IMG/VR virus record: IMGVR_UViG_2693429518_000021
DNA: 42,445 nucleotides
Source of the DNA: a virus
Lineage: Duplodnaviria; Heunggongvirae; Uroviricota; Caudoviricetes
Direction: 5' to 3' (one strand)
Position numbers and translations under genes: made by a program. Under the pieces are notes generated by a model. That model saw only the letters and a program-made list of their open reading frames with translations, ran no database searches and was not told where the DNA came from. This document shows positions 18,724-29,685 of the stretch, piece after piece (within the stretch, counting starts at the first letter, position 1; every line of letters starts with the position of its first letter).

Positions 18724-19231
18724 GATTGTCATCGCGGCATTTTTCTTCTCTGCCTTTGGGGCGCTCGTCTGGTCTGCAAACCATTACCACAGCAAGTATC
18801 AGGCAGAAAAGTTGCGGGCTGATAAAGCGGAAGGTGAAGCTGAATATCAAGGGAAAGTGATAGCTAATCAGGCATTAAACTTCAATCGTTTTAACCAGAT
18901 AGCAGAAAACGCAAGCCGATTAAATTCTCTGGTCGACATCGGTCACGAGAAGACAGTCATCAAATACCGTGAGGTTCTGCTCCGTGAAAAGAACTGTGAT
19001 TTCCCTGTTCCTGTTGATATTGCTGTCGGGTTGCTCAACTACGCGAACCGTTTACGCGCCAGCGCATTGCACGCCGATTCCGGGGACATTGACTCAGCCG
19101 GTGATCGTGCCACTACCACCAGAACGTTGACATATTGCCAGGCTGTTCTGTGGATTAACCCACTGTTGGCAGCCATCGAGAAGGCGAATAACCAGTTGGC
19201 TGGTGTCCGACAAATAGAACAGTCCCGGTAA
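18707..19231 (+). CDS. Rz: Rz-like inner-membrane spanin (i-spanin)
   Basis: 174 aa; N-terminal TM segment (IVIAAFFFSAFGALVW) then coiled-coil-like region; overlaps the endolysin 3' end. Confidence 0.65.
   Translation: MKLTYKIVIAAFFFSAFGALVWSANHYHSKYQAEKLRADKAEGEAEYQGKVIANQALNFNRFNQIAENASRLNSLVDIGHEKTVIKYREVLLREKNCDFPVPVDIAVGLLNYANRLRASALHADSGDIDSAGDRATTTRTLTYCQAVLWINPLLAAIEKANNQLAGVRQIEQSR
18984..19130 (+). CDS. Rz1: Rz1-like outer-membrane lipoprotein spanin embedded in the +1 frame of Rz
   Basis: Embedded frame reads (V/M)KRTVISLFLLILLSGCSTTRTVYAPAHCTPIPGTLTQPVIVPLPPER: lipobox LLSGC and proline-rich mature region. No in-frame ATG; start is probably GTG (18984 or nearby). Confidence 0.5.
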   Translation: MKRTVISLFLLILLSGCSTTRTVYAPAHCTPIPGTLTQPVIVPLPPER

Positions 19232-19292
19232 TAGCATTACAGAAGCTCTTCCAGGAGGGGCTTCGATAATGACCTGATAACTGGAAAATAAA

Positions 19293-19865
19293 ATGACTAA
19301 GAAGCTGAAAGCAAAACACGAGGTGTTTTGTCGCGAGTTTCTTGTCGATCTGAATGCTACACAAGCAGCTATTCGCGCAGGCTACGTCTCCAGGCGAGCA
19401 CATGTTACGGGGGCTGAACTATACGGTAAACCTGAGATACGCGCCCGTATTAACGAGCTAAAGCAGGAGCGTATTGATCAACTGGGCATTGATGCTAATT
19501 ATGTGCTGATGCGACTGGTTGAGATCGACAGGCTCGATGTGGCTGACATCCTGGAGGACGATTTAAGTATTAAGCCTCTGTCTGCGTGGCCGGAATCGTG
19601 GCGTCGGTACCTGAGTGGATTTAACCTCGCTGAAATGTTTGAGGGGCGAGGAGATGACAGAGAAATGGTCGGGATCCTTAAAAAGATTAAGTGGCCTGAT
19701 AAGGTTAAAAACCTTGAGTTGCTTGGGCGTCATGTTTCTGTTCAGGCGTTTAAAGACAACGTCAAAAATGAAGTGACTGGCGCTGATGGAGGACCCGTCA
19801 GAACAGAAATTACCAACTTAACGCCGGAGCAGGCTGCAGAGGCGTATAGAAAAATGATGGGCTAA
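19293..19865 (+). CDS. Terminase small subunit
   Basis: 190-aa ORF immediately upstream of the large terminase; N-terminal [23 protein letters not shown] resembles small-terminase DNA-binding regions. Confidence 0.6.
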   Translation: MTKKLKAKHEVFCREFLVDLNATQAAIRAGYVSRRAHVTGAELYGKPEIRARINELKQERIDQLGIDANYVLMRLVEIDRLDVADILEDDLSIKPLSAWPESWRRYLSGFNLAEMFEGRGDDREMVGILKKIKWPDKVKNLELLGRHVSVQAFKDNVKNEVTGADGGPVRTEITNLTPEQAAEAYRKMMG

Positions 19866-19867
19866 GT

Positions 19868-21490
19868 ATGCCGTTACCATTCCCCTTCGATTTTAAACAT
19901 CCTGATTACCAGATGGTTTTTGAATGGCGGATGGAACGCCTACAGCGCATTCGCCAGAATCCTGAAATATTGCCCGTATTGAAGCAGTTTTACCGAACCA
20001 ATCCGGCTCAGTTCATCATCGACTGGGGCATGACAACGGACCCGCGTAATATTGATTATGGCCTGCCGGTGACCATTCCGTTTTTACTCTTCCCTAAGCA
20101 GGAGGAGTGGATCCACTGGATTATGGAACGCTGGGGCAATCGGGAGAATGGTATTACCGAAAAATCCCGTGAAATGGGGCTCAGTTGGACCGCGATCGGA
20201 CTGGCCTGCTCGCTTTGTCTCTTCAACAAAGAAATGGTTATCGGTTTCGGCTCCCGTAAAGAGGAATACGTCGACAGCACCGGTGACCCGAAAGCATTGT
20301 TCTGGAAGGCACGCAAGTTCGTGGAAACGCTACCTGTAGAGTTTCGCGGTTCGTGGAGCGAGAAGAAGCACGCGCCATATATGCGTGTTGAGTTTCCTGA
20401 AACTGGTGCCGTTATCAAAGGCGAGGCTGGCGATAATATTGGTCGTGGTGACCGTACCACGCTTTATCTGGTTGATGAGGCTGCATTCCTTCAGCGTCCT
20501 CTGCTGATTGATGCGGCGTTGTCACAAACGACGCGTTGCCGTATCGACCTGAGTTCAGTTAACGGCATGGCTAACCCGTTCGCTCAGAAGCGTCATGGCG
20601 GGAAGATACCGGTATTCACATTCCACTGGCGGGATGATCCTCGCAAGGATGAAGAGTGGTATCGCAGGGAATGCGAGAAAATCGATAATCCGGTGGTGGT
20701 GGCACAGGAACTTGATCTGAACTACAGCGCATCAGCGGAAGGCGTTCTGATTCCATCCGAATGGGTACAGGCTGCCGTTGATGCGCATATCAAACTGGGT
20801 ATCCAGCCAACAGGCAAACGACTTGGCGCGATGGATGTCGCCGACGAAGGCAGGGACAAAAATGCCTTTTCCACCCGTCATGGCTTCCTCCTGGAAAATG
20901 TGCGGGAATGGTCCGGTGTGGGCAGCGACATTTATCAGTCCGTCGAGAAGGTTTTCGGCTTTTGCGAACAGGACAACCTCGAAGAGTTTCGCTTTGACGA
21001 GGACGGGCTGGGCGCTGGCGTTCGCGGCGATGCACGCGCTATCAACGAACTGCGTAACGCTGCGCGTCGACCGTCAATACTTGCCACACCGTTTCGAGGT
21101 AGTGGCGCGGTATTTGATCCGGATGATGAAGCTGTTCGCGGGGACAACGGGCAAGCCGCACGTCTGAACAAGGACTTCTTCGCTAACGCCAAAGCCCAGA
21201 GCTGGTGGCGGTTACGTAAACTTTTTCAGAATACCTGGCGCGCCGTGGTTGAAGGTATGGCTTACAACCCGGACGAAATCATCTCAATCAGCAGTAGCAT
21301 GGCACTCAAAGATAAACTCATCATCGAGCTTTCGCAGCCGACCTATTCCATTAATGGTGTGGGAAAAATCGTTATTGATAAACAGCCTGATGGAACCCGA
21401 TCGCCAAACCTTGCCGACTCGGTGATGATCAACTATGCCCCAATGAATTCAGCCCTGAACATCTGGGAGCTGCTAGGGAGACAGGCCTGA
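19868..21490 (+). CDS. Terminase large subunit
   Basis: 540-aa ORF in the canonical position between small terminase and portal; contains an acidic DE motif (LYLVDEAAF) consistent with a Walker B ATPase element. Confidence 0.75.
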   Translation: MPLPFPFDFKHPDYQMVFEWRMERLQRIRQNPEILPVLKQFYRTNPAQFIIDWGMTTDPRNIDYGLPVTIPFLLFPKQEEWIHWIMERWGNRENGITEKSREMGLSWTAIGLACSLCLFNKEMVIGFGSRKEEYVDSTGDPKALFWKARKFVETLPVEFRGSWSEKKHAPYMRVEFPETGAVIKGEAGDNIGRGDRTTLYLVDEAAFLQRPLLIDAALSQTTRCRIDLSSVNGMANPFAQKRHGGKIPVFTFHWRDDPRKDEEWYRRECEKIDNPVVVAQELDLNYSASAEGVLIPSEWVQAAVDAHIKLGIQPTGKRLGAMDVADEGRDKNAFSTRHGFLLENVREWSGVGSDIYQSVEKVFGFCEQDNLEEFRFDEDGLGAGVRGDARAINELRNAARRPSILATPFRGSGAVFDPDDEAVRGDNGQAARLNKDFFANAKAQSWWRLRKLFQNTWRAVVEGMAYNPDEIISISSSMALKDKLIIELSQPTYSINGVGKIVIDKQPDGTRSPNLADSVMINYAPMNSALNIWELLGRQA

Positions 21491-22956
21491 TGGCACGAAA
21501 CAAACAAGCCCTGCGGCGAACTGCGCAGGCCACAGCTGATGGTTATGAGAATTTTATTGCCCGCGTAGGGATGCAGACACCTAACCAGCACTCAGCATCC
21601 ACCTACCGGGCTAATTTCACCAGTCGTAACCGCATGCTGGTGGAATGGTCCTATCGTTCATCCTGGATCATCGGCGAAGCAGTCGATGCTATCCCGGATG
21701 ATATGACCCGCAAAGGCATTCGCATCACGTCGGAAATTGATGCAAAAGATCGTGGCATTCTCGAATCACAACTGGATGAGTTGCAAATCTGGGATGCGCT
21801 GAATGACGTGCTGAAATGGTCGCGCCTCTACGGCGGCGCGGTGGGTTTCATCATGATTGAGGGGCAGGCACCAATGACCCCGCTGCGACCCGAAACCATC
21901 GGTAAGGGCAAGTTTAAGGGGATTCTCCCGCTCGACCGCTGGATGATCGACCCGGTACTGACCCGCCGCATTAAAGATATGGGGCCGGACCTGGGTAAAC
22001 CTGAGTTTTACGATGTGGTGACCACAGCAACGGGAATTCCTGCCTGGCGCATTCATCACAGTCGCCTGATTCGCTTTGATGGCGTCACGCTGCCATTTCA
22101 GCAGAAGATGACCGAGAACGAATGGGGAATGTCGGTTGTAGAGCGTATCTGGGATCGTCTTACCGCGTTCGACAGCGCTACTGTCGGCGCGGCGCAGCTG
22201 GTCTACAAGGCGCATCTGCGCACCTACAGCGTGGAGAAGCTACGCGAGCTTATCGCACTTGGTGGTCCTGCGTATGAAGCGTTGCTGAAGAATATCGACC
22301 TGATTCGACAGTTCCAGAGCAATGAAGGTATGACACTCATGGACTCGCGGGATAAGTTTGAAACGCATCAGTACAGCTTCAGTGGTCTGGATGACATCCT
22401 TTCGCAGTTTGCAGAACAGATTAGTGGCGCTGTTGGTATCCCACTGGTGCGGTTGTTCGGACAGTCCCCGAAAGGATTTTCTACCGGCGATGCAGACCTT
22501 GCCAACTATTACGACCGGGTAAGCTCGTTACAGGAGAGGCGTTTACGTCTTCCGGTGCGGCGGATACTGGACATCATGCATCGTTCGGAGCTTGGCAAGC
22601 CGCTGCCGGACGATTTCACGTTTGAGTTTAACCCGCTCTGGCAAATGTCTGATGTCGATCGCTCAACGGTGGCGTTAAACACTACCAACGCAATCAGTAC
22701 GGCGCTGGGTGATGGTCTGATGACACTGAAAGCCGCTATGACTGATTTGCGCGAAAATTCTGACGTAACCGGCATCGGGGCATCCATTACCGACGAGGAC
22801 ATCGAGAATGCCGAAGATGAAGCGCCGCCCGGCATCGGCGAATCTGATGACGAACCGCAGGAACCGTCAGGCGGAAATCCGCTATCGAACCAGCCTACGC
22901 AGGATAGCGCGGGCGGTCGGAGACATCGTAAATGGTCGCTACGATGGTTCAAATGA
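21490..22956 (+). CDS. Portal protein
   Basis: 488-aa ORF following the large terminase with a 1-nt overlap (TGATG); acidic C-terminal region. Confidence 0.7.
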   Translation: MARNKQALRRTAQATADGYENFIARVGMQTPNQHSASTYRANFTSRNRMLVEWSYRSSWIIGEAVDAIPDDMTRKGIRITSEIDAKDRGILESQLDELQIWDALNDVLKWSRLYGGAVGFIMIEGQAPMTPLRPETIGKGKFKGILPLDRWMIDPVLTRRIKDMGPDLGKPEFYDVVTTATGIPAWRIHHSRLIRFDGVTLPFQQKMTENEWGMSVVERIWDRLTAFDSATVGAAQLVYKAHLRTYSVEKLRELIALGGPAYEALLKNIDLIRQFQSNEGMTLMDSRDKFETHQYSFSGLDDILSQFAEQISGAVGIPLVRLFGQSPKGFSTGDADLANYYDRVSSLQERRLRLPVRRILDIMHRSELGKPLPDDFTFEFNPLWQMSDVDRSTVALNTTNAISTALGDGLMTLKAAMTDLRENSDVTGIGASITDEDIENAEDEAPPGIGESDDEPQEPSGGNPLSNQPTQDSAGGRRHRKWSLRWFK

Positions 22957-23581
22957 CAGTATCACGGAAATTATTGAGGCGCTGGAACGCTACAGTGAAA
23001 TCATCACCCCCTGGGCGACAAAGGTCGCGGAAAACTTTACTGCGGACCTAACCCGGCAGAACGAGAAAGTTTGGCGGCAACACAGCAAGAACATCAGTCG
23101 CGAGCTCCGCAATCTTGTGGAAAGCGCTCCTGTGGGCCAGGTGATGCAATCCATCATCGCCGAACAGGTCAAGTACATCAAATCGCTCCCCCTCGAGGCG
23201 GCTGACAGGGTGTACGACATCCAGAATCGGGCGACAGAAGCTGTTGTGACCGGTGGGAGAGCAGAATATTTTGCTAAAGAAATAGCCGCATCGGGTGATA
23301 TAGCAAAGTCCAGAGCTGACCTGATTGCCCGTACTGAACTTGGACGTGCAACCGGCGCGCTGGATCAGGCGCGTGCGCTGTCAATTGGTTCGAATGGTTA
23401 TATCTGGCGTACAGCCGAAGATGGTGACGTCAGGCATTCTCATCGGGAAATGGAAGGTAAATTTGTCGAATGGGGCAAACCTCCAACGCTTGACGGCATG
23501 ACAGGTCACGCTGGCGAGCTCCCGAATTGTCGCTGTTATAAAGAAATCGTTTTTCCCACCTCCCAATCTTATCCCGCCTGA
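22808..23581 (+). CDS. Head morphogenesis protein (Mu F / SPP1 gp7-like)
   Basis: 257-aa ORF with GAGGA Shine-Dalgarno 8 nt upstream of ATG 22808; overlaps the portal 3' end by 149 nt in another frame; assignment by position after portal. Confidence 0.5.
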   Translation: MPKMKRRPASANLMTNRRNRQAEIRYRTSLRRIARAVGDIVNGRYDGSNDSITEIIEALERYSEIITPWATKVAENFTADLTRQNEKVWRQHSKNISRELRNLVESAPVGQVMQSIIAEQVKYIKSLPLEAADRVYDIQNRATEAVVTGGRAEYFAKEIAASGDIAKSRADLIARTELGRATGALDQARALSIGSNGYIWRTAEDGDVRHSHREMEGKFVEWGKPPTLDGMTGHAGELPNCRCYKEIVFPTSQSYPA

Positions 23582-23595
23582 ATCGCAGGTAACAC

Positions 23596-24816
23596 ATGAA
23601 ATATTTTTTCAATACCCGGCTGGGGGAAACCCGCTATCAGCTGGCTGACGGCTCGTTGCTGTGCAGAGACGTGCCGATAGGACGAACAGGTAAGCAGCTC
23701 TATGGTGCTGATGACCTGCCAAAACTGAAACCCGATAAGTTCGGTGAAATAGTCGTCACGCGTTCTCCTGAGCAGGTATTCCATCCGGCCACGCTTGCCT
23801 CATTCGAAGGGATGAGCATCACGATTCTGCATCCTGAAGATGAAAACGGGAATGTGCGGCTGGTAAATCCCGAGAACTGGAAAGAGCTTGCTGTCGGGCA
23901 CCTCCAGAATGTCCGGCGCGGGACGGGTGAGCAGTCTGATTTGATGCTGGCTGACCTTATCGTCAAAGACGAAAACGCCATTCAGCTTATCGAAGATGGC
24001 CTGCGCGAAGTGTCGTGCGGCTATGACGCGGAGTACGAGCAGACCGAGCCAGGTAAAGCTGAGCAGGTCGATATTACCGGAAACCATGTGGCTCTTGTCC
24101 CTAAAGGCAGAGCCGGAAATCGTTGTGCAATTGGAGACAGAGACACAATGGCAAATCAAAAGAAAAACTGGTGGAACCGCATGCGTGCGGCCATCAAGAC
24201 AGGAGATGCCGACACCATGAACGAACTGGTGGAGTCGGCTCCCGCATCGGTTACAGGAGATGAGGGGGATTTGCCGCAGGGCGTTAATCTCAATATCAAC
24301 CTGTCCCCGCAGCAACCACTACCGGACAAAGCACCAGAGATGGGGGGAGGCCCAACCGGCGACAGTGATGATGACCTCAAAACATTACTGAAAGCCCTGC
24401 TGGCTAAGCTGGAAGGAAATGCCACGGGCGATAACGATAATAAGCCTGACGATAATCCGACCGGTGACGGCGAGGACGATGAAGAGGAAACCACGATTAC
24501 TGGTGACTCAGCCTGGCGTGCCGAAGTTATTGTTCCGGGTATCGATCTGAGCCGTAAGATGAAACCGACCGCGTTCAAACGCGAGGTTCTGGCTTCCGCT
24601 GACAAAACGCTGGTTCGCCAGATAGTCGGTGATGCGGATATCCGCAAATTGCCGAAACAATCGGTCGACATGGCGTTTAATGCCGTGTCTGAGATTGCCA
24701 AAGGGCGAAACACCCGCGCCACCACCGGCGATGCACAGCGCCTAAACATGGGCATGACCAGTATCGCTTCCCTGAACAAACAAAACGCTGAATTCTGGGC
24801 AAACCGTAAAGGGTAA
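23596..24816 (+). CDS. Putative prohead protease/scaffold protein
   Basis: 406-aa ORF between the head-morphogenesis and capsid genes; acidic, low-complexity C-terminal half typical of scaffolds; assignment by position only. Confidence 0.4.
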   Translation: MKYFFNTRLGETRYQLADGSLLCRDVPIGRTGKQLYGADDLPKLKPDKFGEIVVTRSPEQVFHPATLASFEGMSITILHPEDENGNVRLVNPENWKELAVGHLQNVRRGTGEQSDLMLADLIVKDENAIQLIEDGLREVSCGYDAEYEQTEPGKAEQVDITGNHVALVPKGRAGNRCAIGDRDTMANQKKNWWNRMRAAIKTGDADTMNELVESAPASVTGDEGDLPQGVNLNINLSPQQPLPDKAPEMGGGPTGDSDDDLKTLLKALLAKLEGNATGDNDNKPDDNPTGDGEDDEEETTITGDSAWRAEVIVPGIDLSRKMKPTAFKREVLASADKTLVRQIVGDADIRKLPKQSVDMAFNAVSEIAKGRNTRATTGDAQRLNMGMTSIASLNKQNAEFWANRKG

Positions 24817-24819
24817 AAA

Positions 24820-25326
24820 ATGAATAATGTATTTCTGTACCGGATGCCTGTTGGTATTGCCGGGGCTGTCTCTCGCCCGCAGGACTTAACCGTCGAACCG
24901 GTGGTCCTTAAATCCGATAACGCCTTCGCTGCCTATGGGCTGGCTGGTAAATACGATGATGACGGTTTTTTCGTGCCGCTGGCAGATGGTGATACCGCAG
25001 ACAAGGTGAAGGGGATCTACGTGCGCCCTTATCCGACCACGTCGCAGCCGGACATGGTTCGCCAGGTGGGAACAGGCAAGAACTTCCCGGGCGACGCCAT
25101 GAAGCGTGGCTACGTGACCGTTAATCTCGGTTCTGATTTTGATGCCAGCACTATCAAAAAAGGCGACCCGGTATACGTTGTCGTCTCCACTGATGAATCC
25201 ATCAAAGTGCCGCTGGGTGGATTCATGTCCACGTCAGTCAGTGGCAAAAATGTGGTGCTGACCAACGCTGAATTCACAGGTGCCGGTGATGCTAACGGCA
25301 ATGCAGAAATTTCCTGGAAGATTTAA
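24820..25326 (+). CDS. Putative head protein (decoration/scaffold-like)
   Basis: 168-aa ORF immediately upstream of the major capsid gene. Confidence 0.4.
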   Translation: MNNVFLYRMPVGIAGAVSRPQDLTVEPVVLKSDNAFAAYGLAGKYDDDGFFVPLADGDTADKVKGIYVRPYPTTSQPDMVRQVGTGKNFPGDAMKRGYVTVNLGSDFDASTIKKGDPVYVVVSTDESIKVPLGGFMSTSVSGKNVVLTNAEFTGAGDANGNAEISWKI

Positions 25327-25337
25327 GGAACAGACGA

Positions 25338-26279
25338 ATGATTACTTTTGATCAGGCAACCGTTGACAGCTCTGGTGCCTTTCTCATCGGGGAGCTGGAG
25401 CGACTCGACCAGACGCTGAACCTGCCACTGGTGGGGTACACCTGGACCCGCGATATTCAGTTGCGTGAAGATGTCTCTATCGCAGATGACATTTCCAGCT
25501 GGACGAATACCAGCTTCGCCGCTGCGGGTACTGGTGCAAATCCGAATGGCAAAAACTGGGTAGGCAAAGACTCAACCGCTATTGCTGGCGTGAACGTGGA
25601 TACCGGCAAATCCGGTAACCCGCTGAACCTGTGGGGGATGGAACTTGGCTGGACGGTCATAGAATTGCAGGCTGCTCAGCAGGTCGGCCGCCCGATTGAT
25701 ACGCAGAAGTATGACGGGATGCAACTGAAATGGCAGATGGATAACGATGAACAGGTATATGTTGGCGATTCCGCATTAAACCTGAAAGGCCTTGTTACCC
25801 TGGACGGCGTGCCTGTCAACAACGCTGCCAAAACGTGGGCAACCTCAACACCGGACGAAATCCGCGCAAGCATTAACCAGGTGCTGTCTGATGCGTGGGC
25901 CGCTTCTGGTTACTCTGTGGTCCCGCGTGATTTGCTGATCCCGCCTGAACAGTTTGCTCTGTTGTCCAGCATCATCGTTTCATCTGCGGGTAACCAGTCC
26001 CTGTTGACGTACCTTCAGACCAACACCATCAGCTATCACCAGAACGGTGTTCCGCTGAATATCCGCGCGGTTAAATGGCTGAAAGGCCGTGGTGTGGGGA
26101 ATAAGGATCGCATGGTTGCGTACACCAACGATAAAAAATACGTCCGCTACCCGCTGGTTCCGCTTCAGAGCGTGCCGGTGCAGTATCGCGGCCTGTATCA
26201 GATCGTCACTTACTACGGCAAGCTGGGTGCAGTCGAGCCAGTGTATAAAGAAACTCTGTCCTATGTGGACGGTATCTGA
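25338..26279 (+). CDS. Major capsid protein
   Basis: 313-aa ORF in the expected position; followed by a stable stem-loop (26290..26305), as often seen after highly expressed capsid genes. Confidence 0.6.
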   Translation: MITFDQATVDSSGAFLIGELERLDQTLNLPLVGYTWTRDIQLREDVSIADDISSWTNTSFAAAGTGANPNGKNWVGKDSTAIAGVNVDTGKSGNPLNLWGMELGWTVIELQAAQQVGRPIDTQKYDGMQLKWQMDNDEQVYVGDSALNLKGLVTLDGVPVNNAAKTWATSTPDEIRASINQVLSDAWAASGYSVVPRDLLIPPEQFALLSSIIVSSAGNQSLLTYLQTNTISYHQNGVPLNIRAVKWLKGRGVGNKDRMVAYTNDKKYVRYPLVPLQSVPVQYRGLYQIVTYYGKLGAVEPVYKETLSYVDGI

Positions 26280-26289
26280 TAACCAGAAT

Positions 26290-26305
26290 GGCCCCGAAAG
26301 GGGCC
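26290..26305 (+). other. GC stem-loop GGCCCC-GAAA-GGGGCC (GNRA tetraloop) immediately after the capsid gene
   Basis: Perfect 6-bp stem read from sequence; no U-tract, so more likely an RNA stability/processing element than a terminator. Confidence 0.4.
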
Positions 26306-26319
26306 TGAAGGAAACTGAA

Positions 26320-26688
26320 ATGGCGAAAGAAAAGCTGGTTACCATCCATGTTCACACCCCGTTTACGCTGACGCTCGGCGATCAGTCAAAACAGGAGTTT
26401 GGCCGGGGACGGCATAACGTACCGGAAGAGGTCGCGTCGCACTGGTTCACCCAGGCGCACTCTGAGCTTTCCGAAAGCGTGATTAGCGACACCGATGATC
26501 TGCAACCCATTATCGACGGCCTGCAAGCGCAGATTGCCGACAAAGATAAGCTGATTGCCGATCTTAAAGATGCATTGCTCAAACTGCAGGAGCAGAACGA
26601 CAGCCTGCAGGCGCAGATTACTGCCGCCCGGACTGGCGGTAATGGGGCTAAAGATGTCAAAGAATCAAAGTCTGCCAGCGGTAAGTGA
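26320..26688 (+). CDS. Hypothetical head-associated protein with coiled-coil
   Basis: ATG at 26320 preceded by AGGAAA; the track's longer ORF (26089..) starts inside the capsid gene. Coiled-coil segment [33 protein letters not shown]. Confidence 0.45.
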   Translation: MAKEKLVTIHVHTPFTLTLGDQSKQEFGRGRHNVPEEVASHWFTQAHSELSESVISDTDDLQPIIDGLQAQIADKDKLIADLKDALLKLQEQNDSLQAQITAARTGGNGAKDVKESKSASGK

Positions 26689-27061
26689 TTTTCGCCGCGA
26701 CTTCCCGCAGTTTGCTGACCCGGCAAAATATCCCGACGCCCAAATCGGGTTCCGTCTGAATCTGGCCGATGAACTGCTGAGCGAAAATGTCACCGGCAAA
26801 AAGTTGTTTCCGTACTTTGCCGGGTTGTTCGTTGCTCACTACATGACGCTCTGGGCGGCTGACAGCAGAGCGATGCTGGCTGGTGGTCCGGGCGGTTCAA
26901 CCAATGGTGTTCAGTCCTCAAAGTCCGTGGATAAGGTAAGCGTCAGCTATGACACCAGCGCGACGCTGAATCCTGATGCAGGTTTCTGGAATAACACCCG
27001 ATATGGCGCTGAATTTTATCAGTTGATCACGATGTTCGGTGCAGGCGGTCGCCAGCTATGA
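26654..27061 (+). CDS. Hypothetical head-tail connector/completion protein
   Basis: Internal ATG at 26654 (MSKNQSL...) chosen over the track start at 26555; assignment by position. Confidence 0.4.
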   Translation: MSKNQSLPAVSDFRRDFPQFADPAKYPDAQIGFRLNLADELLSENVTGKKLFPYFAGLFVAHYMTLWAADSRAMLAGGPGGSTNGVQSSKSVDKVSVSYDTSATLNPDAGFWNNTRYGAEFYQLITMFGAGGRQL

Positions 27062-27612
27062 GTTTCAAAAGCGGTGTAACAACGAGGGTGGATAACGCTA
27101 AGGCCATTCTGGATGCGCTCAGGTCGTTAACCAAAAAAGATGTGCTGGTCGGCATCCCTTCGGAAGACAGCGAACGGGATGATGTTCCGTTTGGTAATGC
27201 GGGCATCGGTTACCTCAACGAATACGGCTCACCAGAGCAGAACATCCCGCCACGACCTCACCTGGTCCCCGGCGTTAAATCGGCAGAAGAGCAGACGGTG
27301 CCGCAGCTTAAAGCCGCGGCGCAGGCTGCACTTGATGGTAATGCTGCGGGAGCAGAAAGTGCACTCAACCGTGCCGGAACGCTGGCCGTTAATGGCGTCA
27401 GGCGTTACATGACCATTACCGGCTTTACGCCGCTTGCTGACAGTACTGTTGAAGCCCGGGCTCGTCGGGGGCGCAAGGGGGCAACACTGGAACTTGCCCG
27501 GCGTGTTGCTGGCGAATCTCCCGGAACCGATCTGGCGAAACCATTAATTGACACCGGGCAATATCGCAGAGCTATTACCCATGTAGTGAGGGATAAAGAT
27601 GCCGACTCTTGA
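27058..27612 (+). CDS. Hypothetical virion protein (head-tail joining region)
   Basis: 184-aa ORF overlapping its neighbours by 4 nt (ATGA). Confidence 0.4.
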   Translation: MSFKSGVTTRVDNAKAILDALRSLTKKDVLVGIPSEDSERDDVPFGNAGIGYLNEYGSPEQNIPPRPHLVPGVKSAEEQTVPQLKAAAQAALDGNAAGAESALNRAGTLAVNGVRRYMTITGFTPLADSTVEARARRGRKGATLELARRVAGESPGTDLAKPLIDTGQYRRAITHVVRDKDADS

Positions 27613-27988
27613 TGTAACAGATGTGCTTTTTGACCCCGATTTTTGCGACTTCAATTTGTGGGTAACACGCCGTGTGCAAACGGTGGATGAGGACGGAATC
27701 GGCAGCGACAGCGAAGTTAAAAAGCAGTTTGCCGGAGTCGTTACTGTTGATCGCTCTCTGGAAAACCGTCGTATGCAGGCCGGGCAGGTAATCAGTGGTG
27801 CAATTCTGATTGTGACGACTGAGCGACTGACGCAGGGACAGACTGGCCGTGATGCCGATATCGTGACGTATCAGGGCCGTGATTACCGTGTGACCTTCGT
27901 CGACCCGTATACAGCTTATGGGGCCGGATTCGTTCAGGCGCATTGTGAGTTGATGCCGTTTGATGGGGGAACTCCGGTTGAGCAATAA
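27599..27988 (+). CDS. Hypothetical virion protein (head-tail joining region)
   Basis: 129-aa ORF in the head-to-tail gene series. Confidence 0.4.
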   Translation: MPTLDVTDVLFDPDFCDFNLWVTRRVQTVDEDGIGSDSEVKKQFAGVVTVDRSLENRRMQAGQVISGAILIVTTERLTQGQTGRDADIVTYQGRDYRVTFVDPYTAYGAGFVQAHCELMPFDGGTPVEQ

Positions 27989-28526
27989 CACCAGTACAGA
28001 GCGCGGATGGTTAATACCAACCAGTGGCGATCCGGATTATGACGAAGCGCTCGACAGGCTGTTAAGCCAGTGGATACGTAACGTTTCCGGTCTGTCTGCC
28101 GGGATGGTTCGCCCGCGCTGGCAGAAAGAGCAGCCGCCACTGCTACCGGTTGAAACGAACTGGTGTGCGTTTGGGGTTATCGGATGGTCAGGTGATGACA
28201 GTCCGGCATTCACCAGACAGACCGATGATGGCTCTCAGCTCTGGCGGCATGAAACGATTGAGTGTATGGCTTCGTTTTATGGACCGGCGGGGATGGTGTA
28301 TGCGTCCCGGTTTCGTGACGGTATATCTGTGCCGCAGAACAATGCAGCACTGAATGCGCTGGGGCTGTCTCTTGGCGATTACACAGGTCTGACTCCCTTC
28401 CCTGAACTTATTAATCAGCAATGGGTCCGCCGCTACGATATGACGGTGCGCCTGCGCCGGAAGGTTGTGCGCGAGTACGGTATTAAATCGCTGGTGGATG
28501 CACCAGTCATCTTTTTCGGAGATTAA
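27960..28526 (+). CDS. Hypothetical tail completion protein
   Basis: 188-aa ORF; start uncertain (ATG 27960 overlaps the upstream gene by 29 nt; alternative TTG near 27978). Confidence 0.4.
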   Translation: MMGELRLSNNTSTERGWLIPTSGDPDYDEALDRLLSQWIRNVSGLSAGMVRPRWQKEQPPLLPVETNWCAFGVIGWSGDDSPAFTRQTDDGSQLWRHETIECMASFYGPAGMVYASRFRDGISVPQNNAALNALGLSLGDYTGLTPFPELINQQWVRRYDMTVRLRRKVVREYGIKSLVDAPVIFFGD

Positions 28527-28529
28527 GCT

Positions 28530-29675
28530 ATGGCACAGGGCTTGCCTGTATCAAACGTTGTTAATGTTGATGTGATCATGTCGCCGCGTGCAGCATCAGG
28601 GCGAAATTTTGGTGCATTACTCATTCTCGGCCCGTCCACAATCATTCCGGTAAGTGAGCGCATTCGCCGTTATTCTGCCGCGGAAGATATTGGAAAAGAT
28701 TTTGGCGTGGAATCACCAGAATATAAGGCTGCGCAGGTGTTTTTCTCTCAATCACCGAAACCTCAGGAGGTTTTTGTTGGTCGTTGGGTGAAAACGAAGG
28801 GAGACAGCGAACAGGCCACGCCTGAGACGCTGGAGCAGGCTGTGAATGCCATGCTTGATTATACTTCATGGTATGGGCTGGGGATTGCAGACGATGAAGA
28901 TATTCAGGATGCAGACTGGCTGAAAGTGGCTGCGGCGATCGAATCCTCTTCTGTAAGCCGTATTCTGGCGATTACGACAAGCGATGAGAAATGCCTGCAG
29001 ACTGCATCCAGCGATGATTTGGCATCAAAACTGAAAACCGCCGGATATTCACGCAGTTTTATTCAGTATTCATCGGGTAATAAATACGCTGCGTTATCTG
29101 CATTTGGCCGGGCATTCACGGTTAATTTCAATGGCAGTAATACCGCGATTACGCTCAAGTTTAAGCAGGAGCCGGGTATCGGGTATGAAACACTGACAGT
29201 CAGCCAGGCATCGGCACTTGATGCAAAAAACTGCAATGTATTCGTGTACTACCAGAATGATACGGCTATCCTCCAGCAGGGAGTGATGGCTAACGGCGAT
29301 TTCTTTGATGAACGCCACGGCCTGGACTGGTTACAGAATTATGTGCAGACCAACCTCTATAACCTGCTTTATACCAGCACCACGAAAGTTCCCCAGACTG
29401 AAGCCGGTATTACCCGACTGTTATCAAATGTTGAAAAATCACTGGATCAGGCCGTTCAGAATGGACTGATTGCTCCGGGCGTATGGAACGGGGGCGACCT
29501 TGGTCAGTTGTCATCAGGTGACACACTGCCCAAAGGTTATTACGTATACGCTCAGCCGCTGGATGAACAGGCTCAATCAGAACGTGAAGCCCGTAAGGCT
29601 CCGGTGATTCAGGCTGCAATAAAACTTGCAGGCGCGGTTCATTACGCTGACGTACAGATTAACGTTGTTCGCTAA
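28530..29675 (+). CDS. Tail sheath protein
   Basis: 381-aa ORF followed in order by a ~146-aa tube-sized gene, a frameshifting chaperone and a tape-measure gene, the conserved contractile-tail gene order. Confidence 0.6.
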   Translation: MAQGLPVSNVVNVDVIMSPRAASGRNFGALLILGPSTIIPVSERIRRYSAAEDIGKDFGVESPEYKAAQVFFSQSPKPQEVFVGRWVKTKGDSEQATPETLEQAVNAMLDYTSWYGLGIADDEDIQDADWLKVAAAIESSSVSRILAITTSDEKCLQTASSDDLASKLKTAGYSRSFIQYSSGNKYAALSAFGRAFTVNFNGSNTAITLKFKQEPGIGYETLTVSQASALDAKNCNVFVYYQNDTAILQQGVMANGDFFDERHGLDWLQNYVQTNLYNLLYTSTTKVPQTEAGITRLLSNVEKSLDQAVQNGLIAPGVWNGGDLGQLSSGDTLPKGYYVYAQPLDEQAQSEREARKAPVIQAAIKLAGAVHYADVQINVVR

Positions 29676-29685
29676 GGGGAAGTGA

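Noticed and set aside
24156-24779. 207-aa minus-strand ORF inside the putative protease/scaffold gene (and similar antisense ORFs in the tape-measure, capsid and baseplate genes)
   Set aside because: Antisense to structural genes that are part of an uninterrupted plus-strand late operon; no independent support.
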